Below, piece by piece: positions 17,778-30,840 of a stretch of DNA of 64,000 nt. The DNA is from Myxococcota bacterium (GTDB taxonomy: Bacteria > Myxococcota_A > UBA9160 > UBA4427). How positions within the stretch are numbered: the first letter of the stretch is position 1; every line of letters begins with the position of its first letter. The stretch is from contig OZ252299.1 of assembly GCA_965250285.1 (NCBI GenBank), forward strand, positions 3,232,001 to 3,296,000, read 5' to 3'. Below the pieces are notes generated by a model, which did no database searches, had not been told where the DNA came from, and saw only the letters and a list, made by a program, of their open reading frames with translations. A program made the translations under genes and the position numbers.

Positions 17778-19574
17778 GTGGCGGCCGCTCGCCCCGAAGG
17801 CGAACTCGGCCGCACGCTGCGTCGACTCGACGGCGGCTCGTACAAGGCGTACAGAGATCTGCGCGGGGCCTGGGCGGTCGACGGCGCCACCCTCTTCGTC
17901 GATCGCGTTCAGGGCGACCCGTTCGCGGCCCCGTCTCGTGTGCGTCTGCGCGTGGCGCTCGAAGACGCGGCGATCCCCGGCGAACTCCACGCGAACCGCA
18001 CGCGCGCCGTCGCGCTTCGCGATGCGCTCGCCCGATCGGTGGCCGACGCGATCGCACTGCGCGGCTGGAGCCGTCAGGGCAGCGGCAAGAGCGGCCTGCT
18101 CGAGATCGACGACGGTGCACAGACGGTGCTCGAGCGCAGCGCGGTGGTGCTGGGCGACGACTTCGTCGAAGCGCGCCTCGAGGTCGGCCTGCCCGCCGCC
18201 GGGCGTCGCATTCTCGGCGGCGCCGCCGAGACGCTCCTCTGCGAGACGCTCCCCCACCTCGCCGACTCGGCGCTTCGCTGGGGCGCCCTGCCCCAGGCAT
18301 CGATTCGCCGCTTCGTCGCGTGTGTCGAGAGTCAGGCGCACCTGCGAGATCAGCTCGCGGCGCGCGATCTCGTGGCGTTCGTCGCGAACGGATCGGTGCT
18401 GCCGCGACGCGCGGGCGACAGCGATCAACCGATGCGTGCGGGCGACGCGATCGCGTTCGAGAGCCCGCCGTCGCTCGAGGTCGAGCTCGAGCTGCTGCAC
18501 CCGGTCGACGGCGATGTCGAAGACGGGCCGAGCACGATCCGCGGCATGGGCATCTCGCGCGGCGTCACGTTGATCGTCGGCGGCGGCTATCACGGCAAGT
18601 CGACGCTGCTGCAGGCGCTCGAGTGCGGGGTCTTTCCGCACGTGCCGGGCGATGGCCGCGAGTGGGTCGTATCAGCGCCCGATCTCGTCAAGGTGCGCGC
18701 CGAAGACGGCCGGCCGGTGACCGGCGTCGATCTGCGCGCGTTCATCGACCACCTGCCGGCGCCCGCGAGCGGCGAGCCGCGATCGACCGAGCACTTCACG
18801 ACGCCGGACGCGAGCGGCTCGACGAGCCAGGCGGCGGGGATCATCGAAGCCATCGAATCGGGGGCGACGGGCCTGCTGCTCGACGAAGACACCTGTGCCA
18901 CCAACTTCATGCTGCGCGACGCACGCATGCAGGCGCTCATCGCCGACGGCGACGAGCCGATCACACCGTTTCTCGATCGCGTGCGCGCACTCTTCGAAGA
19001 GCGCGGCATCTCGACCGTGCTCGTCATGGGCGGCAGCGGCGACTACTTCGATGTTGCGGACACCGTGATCGCGATGAAGGCGTACCGGGCGAGTGATGCC
19101 ACCGAGCGGGCGAAAGCAATCGCCCAGTCGGAAGAGACGGGCCGACGGCCGGCCGCCAGCGCGGCGACCGGCTGGGGCTCTGAGCGCAAGCCCCGCGCCG
19201 AGAGCCTCGACGCTCGCAGCGGGCGGCGCGAGACCGCCATCAAGGTGCGCGGGCGCGACGTCATCGCCTGGGGCGAGCGCGAGATCGACCTGCGCGGCGT
19301 GGCCCAGATCGCCGATGCGAGCCAGGCGCGCGCGATGGCCGGGGCACTGCTTCGCATCAGCCAGTCATTGCGCGCGCGCCGGCGCGGCGCGTCGGTCGCC
19401 GACTTGCTCGACGAGGTCGAGTCGCTGGTCGAGCGCGCCGGTCTCGACGCACTCGCGCTCGATCCGCGCGACCGCGACGGCCCACATCCTGGTGCGCTGG
19501 CGCGCCCGCGGCGACACGAGATCGCGGCGGCGCTCGCGCGACTGCGCGACCTCGAGATCGAGCCGGCGAGCTGA
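17778..19574 (+). CDS. ABC-class ATPase domain protein (ABC_ATPase/DUF family)
   Basis: YKAYRDL, VQGDPFAAPS, GGGYHGKSTLL Walker A, ASGSTSQAA and LLLDEDTCATNFM. Confidence 0.85.
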   Translation: MAAARPEGELGRTLRRLDGGSYKAYRDLRGAWAVDGATLFVDRVQGDPFAAPSRVRLRVALEDAAIPGELHANRTRAVALRDALARSVADAIALRGWSRQGSGKSGLLEIDDGAQTVLERSAVVLGDDFVEARLEVGLPAAGRRILGGAAETLLCETLPHLADSALRWGALPQASIRRFVACVESQAHLRDQLAARDLVAFVANGSVLPRRAGDSDQPMRAGDAIAFESPPSLEVELELLHPVDGDVEDGPSTIRGMGISRGVTLIVGGGYHGKSTLLQALECGVFPHVPGDGREWVVSAPDLVKVRAEDGRPVTGVDLRAFIDHLPAPASGEPRSTEHFTTPDASGSTSQAAGIIEAIESGATGLLLDEDTCATNFMLRDARMQALIADGDEPITPFLDRVRALFEERGISTVLVMGGSGDYFDVADTVIAMKAYRASDATERAKAIAQSEETGRRPAASAATGWGSERKPRAESLDARSGRRETAIKVRGRDVIAWGEREIDLRGVAQIADASQARAMAGALLRISQSLRARRRGASVADLLDEVESLVERAGLDALALDPRDRDGPHPGALARPRRHEIAAALARLRDLEIEPAS

Positions 19575-19818
19575 CGGTTTCGACCGCCCCTCCCGAGTGA
19601 TGCTGACCAGCGACGCGACTTGTCCGGAGCGAGCAGCGGGCGCGCACTCGACCGGCAGATGGACGGGATTGCCCGCTCACCTCCACGCATTCGAGTTGTT
19701 CGGCGTCGAGGAATGCGAGATGATGAACGCGGACCGCAACGCACCTTACACCGCCGATCCACGCCGCGGGTCGTTCTGCGACCCCCGCTCGTCTCATGCC
19801 GCCACTGGAGACCCGATC

Positions 19819-20385
19819 ATGAAGCGCTCGCTCAAGTACGCCCTTCCCGCCGTCGCCCTCATTGCCCAGGGCATCGATGAGCCCGCCCACGCCGACGACC
19901 TGTTCCTCCAGATCGATCCCGCCGAGGGCGAGTCGGTCACGCAGGGGTACGAGGGCCAGATCGACGTGCTCGCCTGGTCGTGGGCTGCAGAGAACTCGGG
20001 CGACGCCATCGGGATCGGGGGCGGGGGTGGCGGCGGAAAGGCCAACCTCTCGAGCCTCAAGATCATCAAGAGCGTCGACGCGGCCACGCCCGTGCTGGTG
20101 ACGTACGCGACCGAGGGCACCTTCTTCGACGAAGCGATCCTGACGGCGACGCGCCAGACGAGCAAGGGCAATGCGGAGTTCATGAAGATGACGCTCACGA
20201 CAGTGCTCGTCTCGAAGGTGGCTCATGGCGGGCGAGCGGGCGACGGCGACGACGGCGTAGCCGAGACACTCACCCTCGACTACGTGAAGGTCTGCCTCGA
20301 GTACCGCAAGTTCAACACGAAGACGGCGGAGTTCGATCTGTGGCAAGAGTCGTGCTGGGATCGCGCCAAGAACGCCTCCTTCTAG
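19819..20385 (+). CDS. hcp: Hcp/TssD-family tube protein with an N-terminal Sec signal peptide
   Basis: GGAG RBS. MKRSLKYALPAVALIAQGIDEPAHA is followed by DLFLQID..EGES, IDVLAWSW, GGGGGKA, KSVDAATPVL, ETLTLDY and WDRAKN. Confidence 0.85.
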   Translation: MKRSLKYALPAVALIAQGIDEPAHADDLFLQIDPAEGESVTQGYEGQIDVLAWSWAAENSGDAIGIGGGGGGGKANLSSLKIIKSVDAATPVLVTYATEGTFFDEAILTATRQTSKGNAEFMKMTLTTVLVSKVAHGGRAGDGDDGVAETLTLDYVKVCLEYRKFNTKTAEFDLWQESCWDRAKNASF

Positions 20386-20412
20386 ACCGACCGTCCCGAA
20401 ACGGGTTCGTTC

Positions 20413-21384
20413 ATGCTGCGCGCGCTCTGCTCTCGCCCCGTGTTCTCGCGATCGCTCCGTCGATCGCCGATCGGCCTCATCAGCCTCGTCGGTTGCGTGA
20501 GCGTCTTGGCGCTGACGAGCGTGCCCGCTCAGGCGGAGTACGTGCTGGTCAGCGGTGAGACCTGGCGGGCCCACACGCTGGCCGGCGTGATCCTGCTGCC
20601 CTCGGGTTCGGTGTTCGACGTCGAGGCCGAGCAGCTCGCGCTGATCACGACGTCGGTCGAGCCCGCCGACACGATCGTCTTCGACGTGTCGGGCGGAACC
20701 GCGCGACTCGAGAGCGACCCGCCCTCGGTGCTGCTCGACGACGATCCCTTCTTCGCGCCCTTCGCACCCGAGAGCGAAGTGCAGACGCTGACGTCGGCGG
20801 CCGGGCTCTTCGAGCCCGGGCCCTCAGCCGCCGCGGTGGACGCGGCCGGAAGCCTCACCTGGGTCGGCGAGATCACCGCCCCGGCCCCAGCCGGCGGCGG
20901 AGGCGGCGGGGGGCCCACCGACAGCGATGGCGACGGTGTGCCCGACGCGAGTGACAACTGCCCGAACGTCGCCAACGCCTCACAGACCGATACCGACGGC
21001 GACGGCCTCGGGGACGCGTGCGATCTCGACGACGACGACGACGGCGTGCCCGATGCCAGCGACAACTGCCCGACGACGCCGAACCCGTCGCAGGCGAACT
21101 TCGATGGCGACGCGCTCGGCGACGCCTGCGATCCCGACGACGACGGCGACGGCCTGTCGGACGTGCTCGAGATCGGCACCTACGCCACCAACCCGCTCGA
21201 CCCGGACAGCGACGACGACGGCTTCGACGACCTCGAAGAGGTGCAGGCGGGCACCGATCCCAACGACGAGAACTCGTTCCCGAGCCCGCCGGTGCCGGTG
21301 CTCGGCACAGTGGGCGGGCTGCTCGTAGGCGCGGCCCTCGCGACGCTCGGCGCGCGCCGGGCGCGGCGACTCGGCCGACGCTGA
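20413..21384 (+). CDS. Secreted thrombospondin type-3 (Ca-binding DxDxDG) repeat protein with IPTL/PEP-CTERM-like C-terminal anchor
   Basis: Signal ending PAQA, DSDGDGVPDASDNCP repeats, and VPVLG + TM helix + RRARRLGRR tail. Confidence 0.85.
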   Translation: MLRALCSRPVFSRSLRRSPIGLISLVGCVSVLALTSVPAQAEYVLVSGETWRAHTLAGVILLPSGSVFDVEAEQLALITTSVEPADTIVFDVSGGTARLESDPPSVLLDDDPFFAPFAPESEVQTLTSAAGLFEPGPSAAAVDAAGSLTWVGEITAPAPAGGGGGGGPTDSDGDGVPDASDNCPNVANASQTDTDGDGLGDACDLDDDDDGVPDASDNCPTTPNPSQANFDGDALGDACDPDDDGDGLSDVLEIGTYATNPLDPDSDDDGFDDLEEVQAGTDPNDENSFPSPPVPVLGTVGGLLVGAALATLGARRARRLGRR

Positions 21385-21391
21385 TCGGCTC

Positions 21392-22711
21392 TCAGCCCGC
21401 TTCGCCGGGCTTCCTCGCCACGACGATCCAGCTGGCAACGTCTTCGCCAAGCTCCTTGCGCAGCGTAGCCCGTTCGATCTCGAGCACTTCGAGGCCGGCT
21501 TCGGCGAGAACACGCTCGATGTAGAGCCGCGCGTGCGCGAAGCGGCCGCTCGGGCGCAGCTCGTAGCCCGACCCTTCTTCGGGCTCGCACGCCTCGGCCG
21601 AGAACGCGACGACCCCACCGGGCGCGAGCCGCGCAGCAATGCCGCCGAAGACGGCGTCGAGCCGGCCGAGATAGATGAGGACGTCGGCCGACACCATCAC
21701 ATCGAACGCACCCACGTCGCCGCGCAGGTAGTCGCCGAGTTCGGCCACGACGAGCTCGGCGTACACCTCGCGACGCGACGCCTTCTTGAGCATCTCGGGC
21801 GAGAGGTCGACGCCGATCAGCTCCCGCGTGCGCGATGCCAGGAGCGGACCGCAGAGCCCCGTGCCGGCGCCGAGATCGAGACCGCGCAGGTCGCCTCGGT
21901 CGCCCGGCACGTGTCGAAGCGCTGCGTTCACGACCAGCTCGGGCCCGGCGTAGTCGAGCTGCGCGAGCTTCTGATCGAAGGTCTCCGCGAAGTCGTCGAA
22001 CGTACTCGTCACGTACTCGGGCGGGCAGCGCTCGGTGGCCGTGTCGCCTGTCACCGCGGCGATCATGTGCGGGGCGACCGGGTTCTCGGGGTCGAAGTCG
22101 AGCAGCCGCCGAAAGATCATCTCGGCGCGCTCGAGATCGCCGCGAGCGTAGTAGGCGAGGCCGAGCATGCGATACGCCTCGTCGAGCCGCGGGTTGGCCT
22201 CGACGGCTCGGTTGTAGGCACCGATCGCCTTCTCGTGGTTGCCGCTCTGCGCGAATGCGTTGCCCAGATTCAGCTGGGCCGTCGCCCAATCGGGGGCGAC
22301 CTCGGTGGCGACCAGCAGATGGGCGATCGATCCAGCGAGATCCCCCGCGTAGCGCAGCAACACGCCGAGGTTGTTCTGCGCCTCGGCGTGGCTCGCGTCA
22401 ACGGCCACCGCGTTCTCGTACGATCGCCGGGCGTCGTCGCGCTCGCCCAGCTCGACGAGCGCGGTGCCGAGGTTGCAGTGGGCGCCCGCGTACTCGGGCG
22501 CGACCTGCGTCGCGCGCATGATCAGCTGCGCGCCGACCTTCCGGTCACCGAACTGCACGTGCAGCATGCCGAGCAGGTTGAGCGCCGTGGGCTCATCGGC
22601 GTTCGCCTGCAGCACCTGGGCGTAGCCCTGCAGTGCCGCTTCGATGCGACCGTTTCGGTGATGGTCGATGGCTTCTGCGAGCGCGGTGTCGGTTGACGCG
22701 GGAGGAGGCAA
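21392..22711 (-). CDS. TPR-repeat protein fused to a SAM-dependent methyltransferase
   Basis: Multiple TPR repeats (AHCNLG, AQNNLG), FDDFAETFD, LDLGAGTGLCG, ADVLIYLG and SGRFAH. Confidence 0.88.
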   Translation of the reverse strand: MPPPASTDTALAEAIDHHRNGRIEAALQGYAQVLQANADEPTALNLLGMLHVQFGDRKVGAQLIMRATQVAPEYAGAHCNLGTALVELGERDDARRSYENAVAVDASHAEAQNNLGVLLRYAGDLAGSIAHLLVATEVAPDWATAQLNLGNAFAQSGNHEKAIGAYNRAVEANPRLDEAYRMLGLAYYARGDLERAEMIFRRLLDFDPENPVAPHMIAAVTGDTATERCPPEYVTSTFDDFAETFDQKLAQLDYAGPELVVNAALRHVPGDRGDLRGLDLGAGTGLCGPLLASRTRELIGVDLSPEMLKKASRREVYAELVVAELGDYLRGDVGAFDVMVSADVLIYLGRLDAVFGGIAARLAPGGVVAFSAEACEPEEGSGYELRPSGRFAHARLYIERVLAEAGLEVLEIERATLRKELGEDVASWIVVARKPGEAG

Positions 22712-22893
22712 CGCGATTCCTGCTTGGGGAGGCCGCGGATCGTACTGCGCACCGCACAGGTTGCCAGCGCTGGGCGCATCGCGCGCCGGGCTCGGTCAGG
22801 GCCCTCCGACCCCGGGCCGAGGCGAGTCGCCGCGCTGGGCGCGCGACGAGGTCGCGGCGACCGGAACGAGCCCGGTCGCCGCGACGAAGCCCC

Positions 22894-23970
22894 CTACCAG
22901 CCGGCCATCTGGGCCTGACGCTCGCGGTGCACCGACGGCGAGCCCAGCCAGGCGCGGTCGAACATCGCGCGCTTGAACCAGATCTGCACGTCGCACTCCC
23001 ACGTGAAGCCGATGCCGCCGTGCGCCTCGACCGCATCACGCGAGATCTGCATCGACCGATCGGTGATGTGCGCCTTGGCGACGGCGGCCACCCGCGCCGC
23101 CTCGTCGTCGACGTGATCCTGCGCGTGCGCGGCGTACCAGAAGAGGCCGCGGCTCGGCTCGTTCGCCAACGCCATGTCGGCCAGCTGATGCTTCAGCCCC
23201 TGGAAGTGGCCGATGGTCACGCCGAACTGCTCGCGCGTCTTCGCGTACTCGACCGAGTCGCGCACGAGGCGGTCGGCTGCGCCGAACGCGTCGGCGGCGA
23301 GCAGCACGAGCGCGATGTCGCGCACCTTGCCCGAAGCCGCTTCGCCGTTCGCCAGCACCTCGGCCGGCGTGTTCGAGAGCGCGAGCTCCGAGAGGCGCCG
23401 GGTGCGGTCGGCTCCGGCCTCTTCCTTGATCTCGATGCCGGCTGCGCTCTTCTCGACGACCGCGAGCCCGCCGCCGGCGAGCCCGACGATGATCAGGTCG
23501 GCCTCGGCGAGATGCGGCACGTGGGCCTTGGTGCCCGAGAGAGCCTCACCCGACGCGACCGTCCACTGATCGGGCTGCCAGGCGCCGCCCGCTTCGGCGA
23601 ACGCCACGGTGCCGATCTTCTCGCCCGCGGCGAGGGCCGGCAGCCACTTCTCCTTCTGGGCATCGCTGCCGCCGAGCAGGATCGCCTGGCTGGCGAGCGC
23701 ATGCCCGAAGAAGGGGCCGGGCGTCGCGTGGAAGCCCAGGGTCTCGGCCGCAACCGCGAGATCGAGGATCTCGAGACCCGCGCCGCCGTACTGCTCGGGC
23801 AGCGCGAGACCGGTCATGCCCATCTCGGCCAGGTTGCCCCAGAGCGCGGGGTCGTGGCCCTCGTCGCCCTCGAAGATCTCGCGCACGCGCGTGATCGGGC
23901 ACTCGTTTTCGAGGAGCTGACCGAGGGTCTCGGCCAGCAGCTGCTGTTCTTCGGTGAGATCGAAATTCAC
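22894..23970 (-). CDS. Acyl-CoA dehydrogenase (short partner subunit)
   Basis: NFDLTEEQ, REQFGVTIGHFQGLKHQLADM and HGGIGFTWE; GTGA overlap with the upstream gene. Confidence 0.9.
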   Translation of the reverse strand: MNFDLTEEQQLLAETLGQLLENECPITRVREIFEGDEGHDPALWGNLAEMGMTGLALPEQYGGAGLEILDLAVAAETLGFHATPGPFFGHALASQAILLGGSDAQKEKWLPALAAGEKIGTVAFAEAGGAWQPDQWTVASGEALSGTKAHVPHLAEADLIIVGLAGGGLAVVEKSAAGIEIKEEAGADRTRRLSELALSNTPAEVLANGEAASGKVRDIALVLLAADAFGAADRLVRDSVEYAKTREQFGVTIGHFQGLKHQLADMALANEPSRGLFWYAAHAQDHVDDEAARVAAVAKAHITDRSMQISRDAVEAHGGIGFTWECDVQIWFKRAMFDRAWLGSPSVHRERQAQMAGW

Positions 23971-25175
23971 TTCTGCTTGCTCCGATCGGCAGCGGCGTCG
24001 CGGGGCAGCCCGAGGCCGCGCTCGGCGATGACGTTGCGCTGGATGTTGGCGGTGCCGCCTGCGACGGCGATGCCCAGCGACCACATGTACTGACTGATCC
24101 AGGCCGACGAGCCCGAGGGCATCATGCCCGCAGCGCGGTCGCCGCCACCCATCAGGCCGTCGTCTTCGAGCAGGTCGAGGGCGAGCTTCGACATCTCGTG
24201 CCCGAGGTTGGTCGAGTTCAGCTTGTTCATCATCTGGATGATGCCCGGGTTCTCGTCGCGCGCGTTCTTCGTCAGCTGGTAGTAGCCGGCGTACTTGTGC
24301 GCGGCGATGGCGCCCTCGATCTCGGCGAGCTTCTGGCGCACCGCCGGGTTCTCGATGGCCGGGGCACCGTCGCGCGTGCTGTTCTTCGCGAGCCCGACGA
24401 GCCCCTTGAACATCATCTCGCTCTGCTGCGCCGAGCCGATCGAGTTGCGCTCGTGCTTGAGCGTGGTGCGCGAGACGTTCCAGCCCTCGCCGCGCTTGCC
24501 GACGATCCAATCCTTCGGCGTGCGCACGTCGTTGAGGAACACCTCGTTGAAGTCGGCCTGGCCGTCCATCTGCTTGAGCGGACGCACGTCGATGCCGGGC
24601 TGCTTCATGTCGATCAGGATGTACGAGATGCCGGCATGCTTCGACGCGTCGGGCTCGGTGCGCACGAGGCAGAACATGTAGTCGGCCGCCTGGGCGCCGC
24701 TGGTCCAGATCTTCTGGCCGTTGATCACCCACTCGTCGCCGTCGAGCTCGCCCTTCGTCTTGAGCGACGCGAGATCGCTGCCCGAGCCGGGCTCGCTGTA
24801 GCCCTGACACCAGACGGTCTCGCCGTCGATGGTCGACTGGACCCACTTCTCCTTCATCCACTCTTCACCGCGCTCGAGGAGCGTGGGCACGAGCATCATC
24901 GTACCGATGCCGCGCGCCTCCATCGGAGCGCGTACGCGCGTGAACTCTTCGCGGATGATCGCCGCCTTCAGCACGTCGGGCGCCTGCTCGCTGCCGCCGT
25001 ACTGCTTGGGGATGTTGCGGTTCAGATAGCCAGCTTCGGTGGCCTTGCGTCGAAACTGGCGCGCCTGCGCTTCTCGGTTCGCGCCCTCGTCCTTCTTGGG
25101 CGGCCAGTTGTCGTTCAGGAAGCCGGCGACTTCGGTGCGAAAGGCCTCGAGCTCGGGCCCGTATTCGAGATCCAT
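23967..25175 (-). CDS. Acyl-CoA dehydrogenase
   Basis: WCQGYSEPGSGSDLASL, INGQKIWTS, FNEVFL and GGTANIQRNVIAERGLGLPR. Confidence 0.92.
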   Translation of the reverse strand: MDLEYGPELEAFRTEVAGFLNDNWPPKKDEGANREAQARQFRRKATEAGYLNRNIPKQYGGSEQAPDVLKAAIIREEFTRVRAPMEARGIGTMMLVPTLLERGEEWMKEKWVQSTIDGETVWCQGYSEPGSGSDLASLKTKGELDGDEWVINGQKIWTSGAQAADYMFCLVRTEPDASKHAGISYILIDMKQPGIDVRPLKQMDGQADFNEVFLNDVRTPKDWIVGKRGEGWNVSRTTLKHERNSIGSAQQSEMMFKGLVGLAKNSTRDGAPAIENPAVRQKLAEIEGAIAAHKYAGYYQLTKNARDENPGIIQMMNKLNSTNLGHEMSKLALDLLEDDGLMGGGDRAAGMMPSGSSAWISQYMWSLGIAVAGGTANIQRNVIAERGLGLPRDAAADRSKQK

Positions 25176-25389
25176 GGATTGCCCCTGTCTGGGATTCAGT
25201 GATTGGAACAATGATTCCAACCTCCGAGTAGAACGGCAAGCGCTCGAATCTGCACGGGATTCTTTCGTCTGCCTCGACGCCCGCGGGCGTCCGGACCGCT
25301 GACACGCCGCACGGCGCGTGGCACCTTGTGCGGCCCTTCTGACCCATCTCGGCGCGACCCAGCGCCCCCCAACGCCATGGAGTCGTCCG

Positions 25390-26850
25390 TTGAATGCTCC
25401 CTCCGAACTCCGCGTCGCGGTGATCGGCGCCGGTCCGGCCGGCCTCGCCGCCGGTCACGAGCTGCTGGCGCGCGGCTTCACGACGTTCACGATCTTTGAA
25501 GCGACCGACGCCGTCGGCGGCACGTGGCACATCCACACCTACCCGGGGCTCGCCTGCGACGTCTGGGCGCACTCGTACAGCTTCTCGTACCGCCCGAACC
25601 CCGATTGGAGCGCGAGCTTCGTCGAGCAGCCCGAGATCGAAGCGTATCTGCAGCAGTGCGCGAAAGAGTTCGGGCTCGAGCCGCACATCCGGCTGAACAC
25701 GCGCATCGCGAAGGCCCACTATCAGGCGGGCGGGACGTGGCGACTCGAGAGCGATTCGGGCGAACGCTTCGAGTTCGACGTCGTCATCAACGCGATGGGC
25801 AACCAGCACACGCCGCTCTACCCCGACGTGCCGGGCATCGACACGTTCGAAGGCGACCAGTTCCACGCCACGCGCTGGAACCACGACGTCGATCTCACGG
25901 GCAAGCGCGTCGTCGTCGTGGGCTCGGCAGCGAGCGCCGTCCAGGTCGTGCCCGAGATCGCGAAAGAGGTCGGGCATCTCACGGTGCTGCAGCGCACGGC
26001 GAACTGGATCATGCCCCGCGGCCGCAAGCCCTACTCGGCGACGCGGCGCTGGCTCTTCAAGCACTTCCCAGCGACGATCCGCTGGACGAAGAACTTCCAG
26101 CGCTTCCTGATGAGCTTCGTGCACCAGGCCGCCACGATGGGGCACAAGCGCATGGACGACTTCGAGAAGCGCGCGCGCGGCTTCATCGACAAGGCCGTCG
26201 ACGACCCGGTGCTGCGCGAAGCCCTGACTCCCGACAGCCACTACGCCTGCAAGCGCGGCCTCGTGAGCGACGACTTCTACCCGGCCCTCTGCCAGGAGCA
26301 CGTCGAGCTCGTCGCCGAGGGGCTCGCCTCGGTTCGCCCGACCGGCATCACGACCGCGAGCGGTCGTGAGATCGACGTCGACGTGATCGTGTACTGCACG
26401 GGCTACCGCATTCAGGATTTCGATCGCATCGAGGTGACCGGCGAAGACGGCCAGTCGCTGGCCGGTGTGATGGAGAAGGCGCCCGAGTCACACAAGGGCA
26501 TCGCCACGCCCGGGTTCCCCAACTACTTCTTTGCCGTCGGCCCGAACGGCCTGGTGCTGAACGTCTCGTACTTCATCACCGCCGAGCGCAACGTGAAGAG
26601 CATCGTGCGGCGGCTCGAGGAGAAGCAGCGCGCGGGTCTCGGGGCCATCGCGGTCAAACCCGACGTCCACCGCGAGTACAACGACTGGATGGGCGAGCGC
26701 TTCCCGCTCTTCTCGTGGGGGCACGAGAGCTGCAACAGCTACTACCGCGATGCGTCGGGCCGCGCGCCCTTCCTCTTCCCGGGCTCGTTCGACGAGTACG
26801 AGGCCCTGCACGAGGCGGGCGGGCTGCACGAGTACGAAGCGCGTCCCTAG
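25390..26850 (+). CDS. Flavin-containing monooxygenase (Baeyer-Villiger type)
   Basis: GAGPAG, GGTW..HTYPG, FEGDQFHATRW fingerprint and GSAASA. Confidence 0.9.
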   Translation: MNAPSELRVAVIGAGPAGLAAGHELLARGFTTFTIFEATDAVGGTWHIHTYPGLACDVWAHSYSFSYRPNPDWSASFVEQPEIEAYLQQCAKEFGLEPHIRLNTRIAKAHYQAGGTWRLESDSGERFEFDVVINAMGNQHTPLYPDVPGIDTFEGDQFHATRWNHDVDLTGKRVVVVGSAASAVQVVPEIAKEVGHLTVLQRTANWIMPRGRKPYSATRRWLFKHFPATIRWTKNFQRFLMSFVHQAATMGHKRMDDFEKRARGFIDKAVDDPVLREALTPDSHYACKRGLVSDDFYPALCQEHVELVAEGLASVRPTGITTASGREIDVDVIVYCTGYRIQDFDRIEVTGEDGQSLAGVMEKAPESHKGIATPGFPNYFFAVGPNGLVLNVSYFITAERNVKSIVRRLEEKQRAGLGAIAVKPDVHREYNDWMGERFPLFSWGHESCNSYYRDASGRAPFLFPGSFDEYEALHEAGGLHEYEARP

Positions 26851-26889
26851 CGTAGAGGGGCTCCGGCGCGATGGCGCTTCGCTCGACCG

Positions 26890-29988
<3,099 letters not shown>

Positions 29989-30158
29989 GTCCGTCCTCCC
30001 GGTGCAAGCGGGGAAAGCCCTGCACCCGACCACCCGCCGGCGCAGTCCGAGGCCGTGGGCGGCGGAATCATAACGGCCCATCGGCGGGCCTGCGGTCTGA
30101 CTCGAGCCGATTTCACCGCCTTCGTTGGATGGCGGCCGGGCTCGCGTAGATTCACGGC

Positions 30159-30830
30159 ATGCGACTCGGACGCCCCCTGCCCCGCGCCTTCTTCGCTCGC
30201 CCCTGCCTCGACGTCGCGCACGACCTGATCGGCTGCACGCTCGTTCGCCGCACGGCCGCGGGCGCGCGGCTCGCCGGCCGCCTCGTCGAGGTCGAGGCCT
30301 ACCTCGGCGACGGCACCGACCCGGGCTCTCACGCCCACCGAGGAGAGACCCCGCGAAATCGCACCATGTTCGGCCCACCCGGGCACCTGTACGTCTACCT
30401 CTCGTATGGGATGCACGTGTGCGCAAACCTCGTCGCCGAGCCCGAGGGCCGGGCGGGCGGCATCCTGCTGCGCGCCGTCGAGCCGATCCTGGGCATCGAG
30501 GCGATGCAACGCCGGCGCGGCCTCGAGCGCCAGAAGGTCGACCGCCGCCTCGCCGGCGGCCCCGGGCGCCTGGGCCAGGCCTTCGGCATCGAGCTCGCGC
30601 ACGACGGCCTCTCGGCGGTCGCAGGTGAATGGACGGTGCGCGCGCCGGCGGTGGGCGCGGCAGACGGCGTGTCGGTCGAGCGCGACACCCGCATCGGCCT
30701 CACGCACGGCGCCGAGCTGCCCTACCGATTCGTGGCGTCGAAGAGCCCGTGGCTCAGCCGCCCGGTGAGCGGCGGGCGACCCAAAAGCGGCGGAACGAAG
30801 ACGAAGCGGAAGCCCGAGCGGCGGCGATGA
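30159..30830 (+). CDS. mpg: DNA-3-methyladenine glycosylase
   Basis: EVEAY, MFGPPGHLYVYLSYGMH, LLRAVEP, GPGRL and RIGL. Confidence 0.92.
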   Translation: MRLGRPLPRAFFARPCLDVAHDLIGCTLVRRTAAGARLAGRLVEVEAYLGDGTDPGSHAHRGETPRNRTMFGPPGHLYVYLSYGMHVCANLVAEPEGRAGGILLRAVEPILGIEAMQRRRGLERQKVDRRLAGGPGRLGQAFGIELAHDGLSAVAGEWTVRAPAVGAADGVSVERDTRIGLTHGAELPYRFVASKSPWLSRPVSGGRPKSGGTKTKRKPERRR

Positions 30831-30840
30831 TCCCGTCCGG

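Noticed and set aside
19819..20385. Type VI secretion locus
   Set aside because: No other T6SS component is in the window, and the Hcp has a signal peptide.
20920..21280. DNA-level repeats as a mobile or regulatory array
   Set aside because: Explained by TSP3 DxDxDG protein repeats.
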